From the human T2T-CHM13v2.0 reference genome, Homo sapiens, in assembly GCF_009914755.1 (NCBI RefSeq), contig NC_060934.1: a DNA stretch of 64,000 nt. One strand, given 5' to 3'. The stretch's first letter is position 1; every line of letters begins with the position of its first letter. A model generated the notes under the pieces. The model made no database searches. It had not been told where the DNA came from and was given only the letters and a program-made list of their open reading frames with translations. Made by a program: the position numbers and the translations under genes. Below, one piece after another: positions 22,106 to 35,200 of the stretch.

Positions 22106-25058
22106 AAAGGGGGAAAGTTTCAAAACAAATATCTAAGCCTTTAGCTCACGGACGTAGGAAAAGAAGAGAAAATCAACCGAAAGCAAGCAGGAAGGAGGAA
22201 ATATAAAATCAGTGAAACTGAAAACAGAAAAATTGAGAAAATCAATGAAACAAAGAGATGGCTCTTTGACAAGATCAGTAAAATTGATAAACCTCTAGGA
22301 AGACTGACAGAAAAAGGTAGATTGTCAGTATGATAAATGAAATAGGAGATATTACAACAGACCCTGTAAACATCAGAAAAAATAATAAGGGAATACTGCA
22401 AACTCTACACACATAAATTACAGATGAAGTGGACCAATTCCTCAAAAAACAAAAGCTATTGCAGCTCATCCAGTTTGAAATAGTTAATTTGCCTCGTTTT
22501 ATAACCACTAAGGATTTCTAGTTTTAAAACTTTAAAAAAGGAATATTCACGTCCGGATGGTCTCACAAGATAATTCTACCAAATGTTTAAAGAATTAACA
22601 CCATTTCTGTACAATCTCTACCAGAAAATAGACGAAAAGGGAACACTTCTTTTTTGTTTTACAAAGCTGGTATTACACTGATAACAAAACCAGAGAAAGA
22701 TAGTTTAAAAAAAATAAAAGAAAAAATTACAGACCAATATCCCTCATGAATATAGAGGCAGAAGTCCTTGACAAAATATTAGCAAATAAAATTCAGCAAT
22801 ATGTAAAAAGAGTTATACACCATGACCAAAAGGTCACTCCAGGGATGCTAGATGGTTCAGTTTTAAAAATATCAATTAATGTAATCCACCATACTAACAT
22901 GCTAAGAATGATTCCATGCAGTAAAATAATTTGACAAAATCCAACACCTATTCATAATGAAAAAAATTAAAACTCCCAGAAAAATAGGAAAAGAGACTAT
23001 TTTCTTTTACTTGATAAACAGCATCTAGAAAAAACCTGCAATTAACATTTTATGTAGTTGTGAAAGACTGAATGCTTTTACCTTAAGTTTGGGAACAAGA
23101 CAAGGATGTCTGCTCTCAGCACTCTTATTCAACATGGTAAGAATCAAAGGGAGTACCCTTATATTGGTAAAGCTTACCCTTTTTCTTAATGGCTAAAGAC
23201 TTAGTGCTTTCCCTTTTAATAGTGGGAATAATGCAAGGATGTTTGCTCTTACTCTTATTCATCTCAGTGCTGCAAATTTTAGCCGATACAAGAAGGCAAA
23301 AAGAAGAAAAAAGACATACAGATTAGAAAATAAGAAATAAGACTTTCCCTATTTGCAGATGGCATAATTGTCTATGCAAAAAAAAAAAAAAACCCATGAA
23401 ATCTCAAAAAAAAACCTTCCTAGAATTAATAAGTGAGTTCAGTATGGTTGAAGAATACACGATAAACATACAAAAATCAGTTATATTTCTTTATGTTAAC
23501 AGTGAACACACGGACACTAAAATAAAAATGCATATCATTTGTAATCACTTAAAAAAGAATAAAAAGTTTAAATCTAGCAAACATTACAGAATATGTATGC
23601 TTAGAATCATACCATGCTGGTGAAAGAAATTAAGATCTAAGTAAGTGTAAAGGCATACTGTGTTCATGGATTAGAACACTTAGTGTAGTAAAGATGCCAA
23701 TTCTCCCCAAATTGATACAAAAAGGAACTTTATGCATTTCCTGTCAAAATTCCTGTATGTTTTTTGTTGTTGATATAGATAAGATTATTTTCAGATTTAC
23801 CTGGAAAGGCGGAAGAACTGGAATGGGTAAAACTGTTTTTTAAAAGAATAAAGTTGAAAGAATCAGTCTACCTGGTTTTTATTATATAGCTACAATAATC
23901 ATACTGAGATAACCATGGAGGAAGAGATACAAGGATTGATGGCATATGCCCAGTTGTAATTTGACAAAGGTCCAAAAGCAATTCAATGAAGGAAAAATAA
24001 CCTTTTCAATAAATGGTGCCAGAGTGATTGGACATCTATAAACAAAAAATAATAAACATTAACCCCAAACTCACACCTTATACAAAAATAAAGTTAAAAT
24101 GGATAATGGACTTAAATGTTAAATTATTGGACTTTTAGAAAAAAAATGAAACGATCTTTGGGCTCTAGAACTAGAAAATAGTTCTTAGACTTGACACCAA
24201 AAGTACAATCCATAAGAGAAAAATTTATCAATTTGACTTCATCAAAATTTAAAAGTTTTGCTCTGAGAAAGACCCTGTGCAGAGGATGAAAAGACAGGCT
24301 ACAAAGTGGAGAAAACATTTGCAAACTATTTTAGTGACAAGGGACTATTATCTAAACTATATAAGGAGCTTTCAGTACTTAACAGCAAAAAAGTAATCCA
24401 GTCAGAACACAGGCAAAAGATGTAAAGAGACATTTCACTGAAGAAGATATATGGATGGAAAATAAGCACATTAAAAGCTGTTCAACCTCATTAACCATTA
24501 GGAAAATGAAAATTAAAATCACACAGAAATATTATGCAACTATCAAAAATAATGACACCACCAAATGCTGGTGAGTATGTAGAGAAACTGGATCACTAAT
24601 ATATTGCTGGTGGGAATGTGAAATGGTACAGCCACTCTGGAAAACAAGTTTGGCAGTCTGTTAGAAAACTAAACATGCAACTGCCGTATATTTACCTCAA
24701 AGAAATGAGGAATTATTTTACCCAATAACCTCTACACAAATGTTTCTAGCAGCTTTATTTACAATAACCTAAAAACAGATGTCCTTCAGTGGTTGAATAG
24801 TTAACCATATAGCGGTACACCCAAATAGTGGAATACTATTAAGCAATAAAAATGAACTATCTGTATATGCAACAACTTGGATGAATCTCCAGAAAATTAT
24901 GCTAACTAAAAGCCAGTATGAAAAGGTTACATAGGTGTGATTTCTTTCATATAACATTCTTGAAATGACAACATTTTATAAGTGCAGAATCTAATAATGT
25001 ACTTTTCTGTTTCCAGAAATAAAAATTAAAAGACTTACAGAGGACGTAAGTGCATATA

Positions 25059-25400
25059 CAGTCATGACATTTCAGTCAAGAATAGACCACATGTATGACA
25101 GTAGTCCCCTAGATTATAATACTATATTTTTACTATACCTTTTCTGTATTTACATACGTTTAAATAAACAAATGCTTATCATTGTATTACAGTTGTCTAC
25201 AGTATTCAGTACATTAAAATGCTATACAGATATGTAGCCTGGGAGCAATAGGCTATATGATATAGCCTAGGTGTGTAGTGTGTAGTAGGCTATACCATCT
25301 AGGTTTGTGTAAGTACATTGTATGATGTCCACACAGTGACAAAATTGCCTACTGGCATGCTTCTTAGAATGTGTCTCCATCATTAAGCAATGTGTGACTA
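25059..25400. mobile_element. Tigger3a/MER7-like DNA transposon
   Basis: cagtcatg...tgtgact termini; gtagtaggctataccatctaggtttgtgtaagtaca core. Confidence 0.75.
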
Positions 25401-25781
25401 TGTTCAAAAAGCTAATAAACATTAAAAACATTGAGCCTCATTGAAATACCCCCGGAAAGATGACTTTTGGGAAGAGGGGAGAGGAAAGAAATGCTAAATT
25501 ACATTAACAAACAATTTTGAGGGGGAAGGGAAAAAGGGAAGAAGCTCTATATTAAGTATGCACATCCATGTAAGATACAGCCTAATATGTGTTGTGAGTG
25601 AAGTGGGGGAATAAGCCCTCCAGTAAATGTCCTTCACTATGGTTGGTTTTTCTTTAATCTCAAAGTGAATGTAATACAAAATAATTCATTTGTTTTCTGT
25701 TCATGTTGAATTAATCTTGTATTTTATAATTTTGAAAAGTTTAATGATTCATTATTTTGAATGTGTTTTTATACTTCACAG

Positions 25782-25920
25782 TGAGAGAACCACCACCAAT
25801 TTGCCTTGATGTTAGACAAAAACAGCGTACATCTATGGATGCATCATCATCCGAAATGAAGGCCCCAGTCCTTCCAGAACCTATTCTTCCTATCCAGCCC
25901 AAAACTGTGAAAGACTTTCA
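25782..25920 (+). CDS. HECTD2: HECTD2 coding exon (inferred exon 3): (V)REPPPICLDVRQKQRTSMDASSSEMKAPVLPEPILPIQPKTVKDF(Q)
   Basis: cacag acceptor ending 25781 and gtaagt donor at 25921; 139 bp; translation matches recalled HECTD2 protein and frame is continuous with the next exon. Confidence 0.95.
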
Positions 25921-26608
25921 GTAAGTTTCAGCTATTATATGTAAATGTATAGTCATCTGCATGTCAGCACTTTACATAATTTAATATCTTTATTTGAGAA
26001 ATTAACTTTTGGATCACTATAAGATATTAGCCAAGAGGACCTCAAAAGACTATATGTCTCAAGTTGAAGGTGAAAGAAAACAAATATATAAATAACAGGA
26101 AGAGTTAGATAGGCTGCAGCAAAATAAAGGAAACACTAAGTAAGAGTCTGTGAGTCAAAACAGGCAAAAAGAGATAAAGGTGGTAATTAAATAATAGACT
26201 GTTACCATTTTTAGAAATAAGAGTTCATTTATGATGTGACACATACTGTAAAAGTTATGTAACCATTCAAAAAATCCAGATGCATATTTGAAGGACGAAG
26301 TGGGAATGATAAAGATAGAATGTAAACAAAGTCTCCAGAAGTTTAGCTATGAAGGGAAGGAAGGAGCGATAATTGAGCGACATGTTAAGGATGATCTTTT
26401 TTAAAAATAAGTAAATGGGAAAGTTGAAGCTAGATTAATATCTTAATCCAATTAAGAATTATAAATCCATAAACTATATTAACTGGGACATATTTCTTTA
26501 TTTGGCTTCAGTATTTTGTATTGCATGTTTGGTGACATTAAAAAGTAATACTAGTTTATCTGAATAATATTTCTATATGTATATACGGTTAATGTGTTTT
26601 CATTTTAG

Positions 26609-26711
26609 GGAAGATGTAGAAAAAGTTAAGTCATCAGGAGATTGGAAAGCAGTACATGATTTTTATCTAACAACGTTTGATTCTTTCCCAGAATTAAATG
26701 CTGCATTTAAG
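26609..26711 (+). CDS. HECTD2: HECTD2 exon 4: EDVEKVKSSGDWKAVHDFYLTTFDSFPELNAAFK
   Basis: ttttag acceptor, gtaatt donor; 103 bp; phase consistent. Confidence 0.95.
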
Positions 26712-26905
26712 GTAATTATACATAAAACACACTTTTCATTTCACTTTTAGTTTTAAATTTTCCAAAAATGATAAATTTACCTCATTTTCTACCCAATATT
26801 GATTTAAACATGCATATATTATGTATTGATTTCAGAAATTATACAATACATACAATTATGTAATATTATAAATATTATATAAGTATATGGGTTTTTTGAG
26901 GGGGT

Positions 26906-27204
26906 TGTTTTGTTTTGTTTTGAGATGGAGTCTCACTCTGTTGCCCAGGCTAGAATGCAGTGGTGCAGTCTCAGCTCACTGCAACCTCTGCCTCCTGGGT
27001 TCATGCAATTCTTGTGCCTCAGCCTCCTGAGTAGCTGGGATTACAGGTGCCTGTCACCACACCCGGCTAATTTTTGTATTTTTAGTAGAAACAGGGTTTC
27101 ACCATGTTGGCCAGGCTGGTCTCGAACTCCCGACCTCGGGTGATCCTCCCATGTCAGCCTCCCAAAGTTGCTGGGATTATAGATACAAGCCATCACACCC
27201 AGCC
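26906..27204 (-). mobile_element. AluS
   Basis: Full dimeric Alu, reverse orientation. Confidence 0.9.
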
Positions 27205-27449
27205 CTTAAATGTTGTTTTTACTTGCTCTAATGTTCATGTTTAACTCCATTCCTTCACTTTTAAAAAAGAAAGTTATTAAAATAATCTTTGTACATTTCT
27301 TTTTATTTTCAGAAATTTTGCCCTAACAGTTCTTTTTTATTATCAGACTAAAAAATAATCAAAATTATGAAGGAATAGTATGGTTCAAATTTTACTAAGA
27401 ATAGTCTTTAAAATGTTGAATATACTTAATTCTTAAATTGAATTTGCAG

Positions 27450-27539
27450 AAAGATGCCACTGCCTCATTTAACACCATTGAAGACTCTGGGATTAATGCT
27501 AAATTTGTGAATGCTGTGTATGATACCTTACTTAATACT
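27450..27539 (+). CDS. HECTD2: HECTD2 exon 5: KDATASFNTIEDSGINAKFVNAVYDTLLNT
   Basis: ttgcag acceptor, gtaagt donor; 90 bp. Confidence 0.95.
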
Positions 27540-27846
27540 GTAAGTATTATGACATGCAAGTAATATTATTCTGTGTCTCTTCTGTATATCAAAAGCAGCC
27601 ATACAAATATTGTAAAAATCACCTTATAATTACCTTAGAAACTCTGATACAATTTTATAGTAAATGTAGCTGGAATTCTCATAAAGTTAGATTATTTTAT
27701 TCTTTTATTTTTTAATTATGAATTAAGCAGCAAATACTTTTATATCCAATCCTTTTTTAGAAAGACTTGCTAAAATCATGCTTTACTTACTCAGCAAAAG
27801 GAGGTAAGTTATTTAATTATATTGGAATTACACTGAATCTGTAGAT

Positions 27847-28160
27847 CAGTGGTTCTTAAACATTAGCCTGTATCAGAATCACAAGAAGGGCTTGTTAAAA
27901 TACAGAATTTCAGATTCAGTAGGTCTTGGGTGAAGCCCAAGAATTTTCATTTGTAACAAGTTCCCAGGATATGTTGATTTATGAGTTCATTTATGATGTG
28001 ACACATACTATAAAAATTATGTCACCATTCAAAAAATCCAGATGCATATTTGAAGGACTAAGTGGGAATGATAAAGACAGAATGTAAACAAAGTCTCCAG
28101 AAGTTTAGCTATGAAGTGAAAGACATGTTAAGAATGACCACATTTTGAGAACCATACTGC
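27847..28160. mobile_element. MER5A containing a templated insertion (27983-28137)
   Basis: cagtggttcttaaac...tcagtaggtct...aacaagttcccagg [insert] gaccacattttgagaacca. Confidence 0.75.
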
Positions 28161-28402
28161 TATAGATCAATTTGTGAAAAATTGACATCTTTTCAATCCA
28201 TAAGCATACTGTATCCTTTTAGGTACCTAGGTCTTCTTTAATTTCTCTTGGTAATGTTTTGTAGTTTTCTGGATAGAGGTGTTACACATTTCTCATTACA
28301 TGTATTTCTAGGTACTTCATTTTTTTTATCCTATTATAATTTTATTTTCCAATTGTGACTAATATATGGAAATACTTTCATATATTTATCTTTATCTAAA
28401 TA

Positions 28403-28824
28403 CAGTTGACCCTTGAACAATGCGAGGGTTAGGGGCGCTAACCCCCTATGCAGTAAAAAAAAAAATCTGTGTATAACTTTTGACTCCCCAGAAGCTTAAC
28501 TACTAATAACCTATTGTTGACCAGAAGTCTTACTGATAACATAAACAGTCAATTAACGTATATTTTATGTTATATGTATTCTATACTATATTGTTACAAT
28601 AAAGTAAGCTAAGGAAAAGGCAATGTTATTAAGAAAAAATAAGGAAGATAAAATATATTTACTATATATTAAGTGGAAGTGGACTATCATAAAGGTCTTC
28701 ATCCTTATTGAGTAGGCTGAGGAAGAGGAGGGGTTGGTCTTGCTGTCTCAGGTGGCAGAGGTGAAAGAAAATAATGTATATAAGCAGACTTGCACAATTC
28801 AAGCCTGTATTCAAGAGTCAACTG
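28403..28824. mobile_element. Tigger2a-like element
   Basis: TA|cagttgaccc...gagtcaactg|TA terminal inverted repeats with TA target duplication. Confidence 0.85.
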
Positions 28825-29312
28825 TACTTTGCTATATTCATCCATTAATTCTAATAGTACATCAGTAAATTAACTTGGATTTTCTGTGTACACAATCTTG
28901 TCATTTGTGAAAAAGGAGAGTTTTATCTCCTTCTAATCCTGTATCTTATATGGATATATGTATGTGTTTGCATTGACTGGGACCTCTTTCACAATTGTGA
29001 ATAAAAGAAGTAATAGCAGACCTCTTTGTCTTATTCCCAATCTGAGTACTTCACTATTAAATATAAACATCCTTTGTCATTGGAGAAATGAAAATAACAT
29101 TACACATCCATCAAAATTAATAAAATTGTTTCAAAAACCTTACCAAATATTGGCAATATTGTGGAACAGTTGGAACTTTCATCCCTTGATGATGTAAGTA
29201 TAAATTGGTACAACCACTTTGGAAAAATACTTGGCATGATCTCCTAACATGAAGCATATGCATATTCTGTAACCCAACAATTCCATTCCTAGGTACACTT
29301 CTCTGAACTTGA

Positions 29313-30185
29313 TTTTTTTTTGACATTTTAATTTCTTTTGAATTTAAGTCGTTTTTTGCAAACTAAGAAACAGAATTAACCTAAGGCAATCTAGTCCTCG
29401 AGGGATCCAGGCTGAGTCTTATGATCTTCAGCAGAATGACATCATAATACAAGATGCTAGCAATAGGGTATAAATTCTAAATGATAACCACTTCCCTACA
29501 TTTTTTATTAGGAAACAGCCAAAAGTCCAATTCTTAAAGGGATGACATACAAAACATCTTAATCTACAAAGGCCAGAATGACCCAGTTATATACTGAACA
29601 ACCTATTGGGGAACCAAATCAGAGCTGGCCAAGGATTGGTAAACAGAGAAGGTGTTTACATTTTGAACAGTTTCTCTGTGGCTTAAAAAATTGCTGGTTG
29701 CTGTCAGTAAGAAAGCAAGTAAAAAATATTGCAGATGGACCCACCCTGATACTTGATTTTACCAAGGTATTTCACTGGAACATGACAGTAGAAATAAGTA
29801 TAAGGTATAAGATAATTATCCCTTATCTCACTATGTTGCCCAGGCTGGTCTCAGACTCCTGGCCTCAAGCAGTCCTCCTGCCTTGGCCTCCGAAAGTGTT
29901 GGGATTATAGATGTCAGCTGCCGAGACTGGCCAGGAGGACTTTCCTTAAACTAAAGGTCAATGTAGCCATCAACTGTGCTGCAGAGCCTTGAGTATTTCT
30001 CTTTACTATTGGGGATTCTGGTAGCCAGGTTGGTACTGGATGCCATCATAACATGCTGACACAGCTATAGTTGGAGCACACACCATGCTACCTGTGCACC
30101 AAGGGCTTGGCCATGGTTGGCCTGAGGCCCCATGACACAGCCCACCTCACAGCCACTCAGCCTACCCCAGCATGGACCAGTCCTC
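29313..30185 (-). pseudogene. TMEM230 processed pseudogene with internal deletion and an Alu fragment
   Basis: Minus strand 30049-29933 reads [38 protein letters not shown] versus recalled TMEM230 [39 protein letters not shown]; upstream LCQHV versus LCQRV; poly(T) near 29313; outer boundaries approximate. Confidence 0.85.
29825..29932 (-). mobile_element. Alu left-monomer fragment (FLAM/AluJ-like) with no poly(A)
   Basis: tctcactatgttgcccaggctggtctc...aaagtgttgggattatag...ggcc. Confidence 0.8.
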
Positions 30186-30879
30186 TCTGAGTTCTTTTGA
30201 CTTGGAATATTAATATGTTATATATGTTAAAAAATTAAATATACAGATATGAGGGAAAAAACCCTAAATGGAACCTAAAATGGAATACAAACAGAAAATA
30301 AACCTAACTGTATTTTGAATGAACACTATAACCATATTTTCCAAAACTCACTAAAAAATTTTCATACATAGTAGTTTAACTATATAATCCTAACTAAAAA
30401 AACACATGCAAAGACTATAAACAAATCTTTAACTTTTAGTAGTTTGGGTTTTTTTCCCCCCTCAGGGGTATAGACAAATAATTCTGAAATTACATTCTAT
30501 GTATTGTTGAACTAAACAAACGAGTAAATATATCAATGTTGCTGGGAGTCAGGTTTCTCATTTTAGAAAAGGGAGATATAAATATGGGATGAGGGAGGCT
30601 AAAAACAGTTCTGGGAATTGAATTAGAATTGGAGGCATTGTAATGATCTCATGGTTTTTAATAGATGTAGATACATGTGTGTGCATGCGAGTGTGTATGT
30701 TCTAGCCCTGTGCACTGAAAGGGCCTACAGCAATAACATCCCTTCACTATACTGAGCACTTCACTATGCTTATCTTGGTTTCTAAATACCATGTCACACT
30801 AAAAGAACCACAGCTCCCTAGAGAAATGGCTAATTCTAAGACCAAGGCAGGGAAAGTACCAAATGAACCTGGATCATCT

Positions 30880-31965
30880 AGTATCTCACCATTAATTATG
30901 ATGTTAGCTGTAGGGTTTTTTTTTTTTTAAGATGTTCTTCATCAAGTTGAGGAAGTTCTCCTCTACTTCTTGTTCACTGATAATTTTTATCATGAATGGG
31001 TATTGGATTTCATCAACTGTTTCTTTTGCATCTATTGCTATGATCCCATGATTTTTCTTTTTTAGCTTGTCGATGTGATGAATTACATTAGTTGATTTTC
31101 AGGTGTTGAACCAGACTTGCATAACCTGAAATAAATCACACTTGGTTGTGTTGTATAATTCTTTTTATGTATTTTTGGTTCAATCTGCTAATATTTTGTT
31201 GAGGATTTTTTTGCATCTATGTTCATGAGAGGTATTGATCTATACTTTTCCTTTCTTGTAATATCTTTCTCTTTTGAGCATTAGGTTAATGCTGGCCTCA
31301 CAGAAGGACTTAGAAAGTATTCTCTCTGCTTCTGTTTTCTGGAAGAAATTTTACAGAATTGGTATCATTTATTTTTTAAATATTTGGTAGAGTTTACCAT
31401 TAAAGCCATCTGGGCCTGGTGCTTTCTGTTTTAGAAGGTTAACAGTTATTGATTCGGTTCCTTTAGTAGACACAGGCTTATTCAGATTATCTGTTTCTCC
31501 TTATATTAATTTTGGTAGATTGTGTTTTTCAGTAACATATCTAGGTTATCAAATTTGTGAGCATAGAGTTGTTCATAATAGTCATAAATTAACCTTTTAA
31601 TGTCTATAGAATCAGTGTGAGAATGATCTTTCATTTAGTAATTAGTATTTTCTCACTTCCTTTTGTGATTAGTCTGGCTAGAGGCTTATCACTTTTATTG
31701 TTCTCTTCAAAAAAAAATCAGCATTTTGTTGTGCTGATTTTCCCTGTTCCCTGTTTTAAGTTTCATTGACTTCTCTAATTTTTATATCTTGTCTTCTACT
31801 TACCTTGGATTTAATTTGCTCTTTTGTTTTAGTTTCCTAAGGTGGACACTTAAATGATTAATTTCAGATTTTTTTGCTAATATATTCATTCAGTGCTATA
31901 CATTTCCCTCTAAACACTGCTTTTGCTATATCTCACAAATTTTGATAGGTTGTATTTTTCATTTG
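30880..31965 (-). mobile_element. Old L1M ORF2 fragment
   Basis: tcaagttgaggaagttc..., aagccatctgggcctgg and other degenerate ORF2 motifs. Confidence 0.75.
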
Positions 31966-31969
31966 TTTT

Positions 31970-32262
31970 CCAAAGCTAAACACAGGCTTACCATATGATC
32001 CCTCACTTACACTCATGTATTTACCCAAATGAGTTAACAATTTATGTTCACCCAAAAACCTGCACACAAATGGTTACAACAGCCAAAAATTAATTACCAA
32101 AAATGTCCTTCCATAGGTGAAGGGATAAACAAACTGTGGTACATTCCATATCATGGAAATTATTCAGTGATAAGAAGAAATGAGATACCAAGTCACAAAA
32201 AGACATGGAGAAACCTTAAATACATATTGCTAAGTGAAGGAAGCTAGTCTTAAAAGGCTGTT
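31970..32262 (+). mobile_element. L1M 3'-end fragment
   Basis: ORF 32044..32247 resembles the L1 ORF2 C-terminus and 3'UTR. Confidence 0.7.
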
Positions 32263-32279
32263 AAAAATAACAGTAATGG

Positions 32280-35200
32280 AGATTTGGAGCCAAGATGGCC
32301 AACTAGATGCAGCCAGGAGGAACATCTGCCACGGAGAGACTGGACATCAGGAAGACTGGCACACTCCAAGCAGATCTTCAGAGGGAAGGCATTGAGATTG
32401 GACAGATGGAGGACACAGAAGCTGAGCTGAAGGGAGCTGGGAAACCTGGGTGGGGCTACCAAGTAATGGGATTCATTCATGACCCCCAGCAGCTCCTGTG
32501 GAAAGGGTGAGTTGAACAGGCAAGGAGCAGCCTGCTCTTGCCACGGGCCTCCGGAATCCTGGCAACAGGAGATTCCATGACCCCCATGGACACTTGAGCT
32601 GGCAGGGTGAACTGCTTACACATGTGGGAGGAGTAGGACTCCAGCCTGTGTGGCGCCCAGATGGTTTGGTATGGGAACATCTGCAGTGGAGCATGGCCAG
32701 GGTTGCCCATCCCTCAAGGCTCACTGTGCTCCTCCTGGAGACTTTAGCCTTGAGAAGACTGTCAGACCTGGACAGAGTAGGGTGGTCTTGCCTGTGAGAT
32801 GGTGCCAGACCAATGTGAGTGTCCCCCTGACTGCTGGCCTCTCCCAGGGCCTCAGCCTCGCCACACTCACTTGCAGTGCACCCTCGATGCCCAACCAAGG
32901 TACTTCCTGGGGCATAGCTCACCAGCAGACCACTCCTGACCATCGTAGGGTCCAGCAGAGTGGCCCCCACCAGCACACACCAGCCTACCTGCAACATCCC
33001 CCCATCAGAACCTCCCCTCCGTAGCTTTGCCAGCATGCATTTGTCCACAGCCACCTTCCCACTGCTTTGCCAAGGTTTGCGAGTGAGTGGACCTCATTTC
33101 TCCCCACCAGTATGTGTGCGTACCCCACCAGGCTACTGCTGCATGAGTACATGCTTGCTGCCCCCACTGGCATGTGGGCACCCAATCATGCCACCATTGC
33201 TGCTGCAAAAATGCACACGGACACTAGCAACTAGCCCCCCCACCATGCTGACACCACTGTTGGTGCAAATGCATGTGCACAGAGTCCAGCATTCCTGCCC
33301 CCCACCAGCACCCCACACCTACCACACCACCACTGCTGCCAGCTCAAGAGCATGGAGCAATGCCACAAGCCCACTCCTACTAGTACCTTGCCCCAGCAGA
33401 TGTGTGTGCATCCCATCACATGGCTCTGAGTGGCTGCTGGCACATGCAAGCAAGCATGGATCCAACTGCCACTACCCCAGTCAAGTGTTTTGTCTGACAC
33501 CACCCATCAGAATGTTAGTGCCAGTGGACCAAGAAGACCTCAGCCCTTTTGGCACAGCAGGTTCCTAACCTTGAGGGGCCAGAGAACAAAGCCAGGGGCT
33601 CGGTACCAGCACCCCCCAGAGTTAGAGCATGCAGCCCAGGAGTGCTGAGCTGAGCCTTGGCCCACTAAAATTTTCCAGAAACAAAGCCATTCAGCTGAAC
33701 CCACTTTATACCACAATCAAACCCACAAATGCATCAAAGAAGATAAAAGCCAAAAAAAATAAAATCCCATTCGAAGGGTAGCAACTCCAGAAACTGAACG
33801 AATGTCAACTCACTCAGATGAGAAAGAACCAGAACAAGAACTCCGGCAACTCAAAAAGCCAGTCTTCTCACCTCCAAATGACCACACTAGTTCCCAGCAA
33901 TGGTTCTTAACCAGGCTGAAAATGACAGAAGTAGAATTCAGAATATGGATAGGAACAAAGATCATTGAGATTCAGGAGAAAGTAGAAGCCCAATATAAGG
34001 AATCTAAAGAATACAATAAAATAATACAGGAGATAAAAGATGAAATGGCTTGTTTTAAGAAAGAACCAAATTGATCTGACAGAGCTGAAAAACTCACTTC
34101 ACAAATTTTACCCCATCTCTACAAAAAAAAATTTTTTTAAGTTAGCTGGGTGTAGTGGTGCATGCTTATAGTCCCAGGTACTTGGGAGGCTTTAGTGGGA
34201 GGATCACTTGAGCCCAGGAATTCAAAACTGTGGTGAGCTATGATTGCACCACCACACTGCAGCCTGAACAACAGAGTTAGACACTGTCTCACTCAAAAAA
34301 AAAAAAAAAAAAACAAGAGTACAGTTGCAAACATTAACAGCAGAATTGACCAAGCTAAAGAAAGAATTTCAGAGCTCAAAGACTGATTCTCCTAAATAGC
34401 TCAGTCAGACAAAAATAAAAAATAAAGAAGAATGAACAAAGGCTCCAAGAAATATGGGATTATGTAAAGAGACCAAATCTACAACTCATTGACATCTCAG
34501 AAAGAGAGGGAGAGAAAGCAAGCAATTTGGAAAGCATATTTGAGGATATCATCCATGAATATTTCCCCAACCTCACTAGAGAAGCCAACATTCAAATTCA
34601 GGAAATTCAGAGAACCCCTGCAATATGCAAGATGACCATCCCCAAGACACACAGTCCTCAGATTCTCCAAAGTCAAAATGAATGAAAAAATGTTAAAGGC
34701 AGCTACAGAGAAGGAGCAGTTCACCTCTAGTGAGAACCCTATCAGGCTAACAGCAGACCTTTGAGCAGAAACCCTTCAAGACAGAAGAGATTGGGAGCCT
34801 ATATTCAGCATTCTTAACAAAAAGATATTCCAACCAAGAATTTCATATACAGCCAAACAAAGCTTCATAATTGAAGGAGAAATAAGATACTTTTCTGATA
34901 AGTAAATGCTAAGGAAATTCGTTACCACCAAACCTGCCTTACAAGAAATCCTTAAGGGAGTACTAAATATGGAAAGGAAAGACTGTTACCGGCTGCCACA
35001 AAAACACACTTAAGCACATAAACTATTGACACTATAAAGCAACCACAAAATCAAGTCTGCATAATAACCAGCTTAACAACATGATGACAGGAATGTAAAA
35101 AGGCTAAATGTCTACTTAAAAGGCACAGAGTGGCAAGTTGTATAAGAAGAAAGACCAAACTATATGCTGTCTTCAAGAGACCCATCTCACATACAGTGAC

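Noticed and set aside
30880-32262. Opposed L1M fragments as a twin-priming inversion
   Set aside because: Too degenerate; no TSD, and I cannot show that both parts belong to one element.
32250-33648. Cluster of long overlapping ORFs up to 202 aa
   Set aside because: They lie in the GC-rich 5'UTR of an old L1; stop-poor composition explains them, and no protein homology was recognised.
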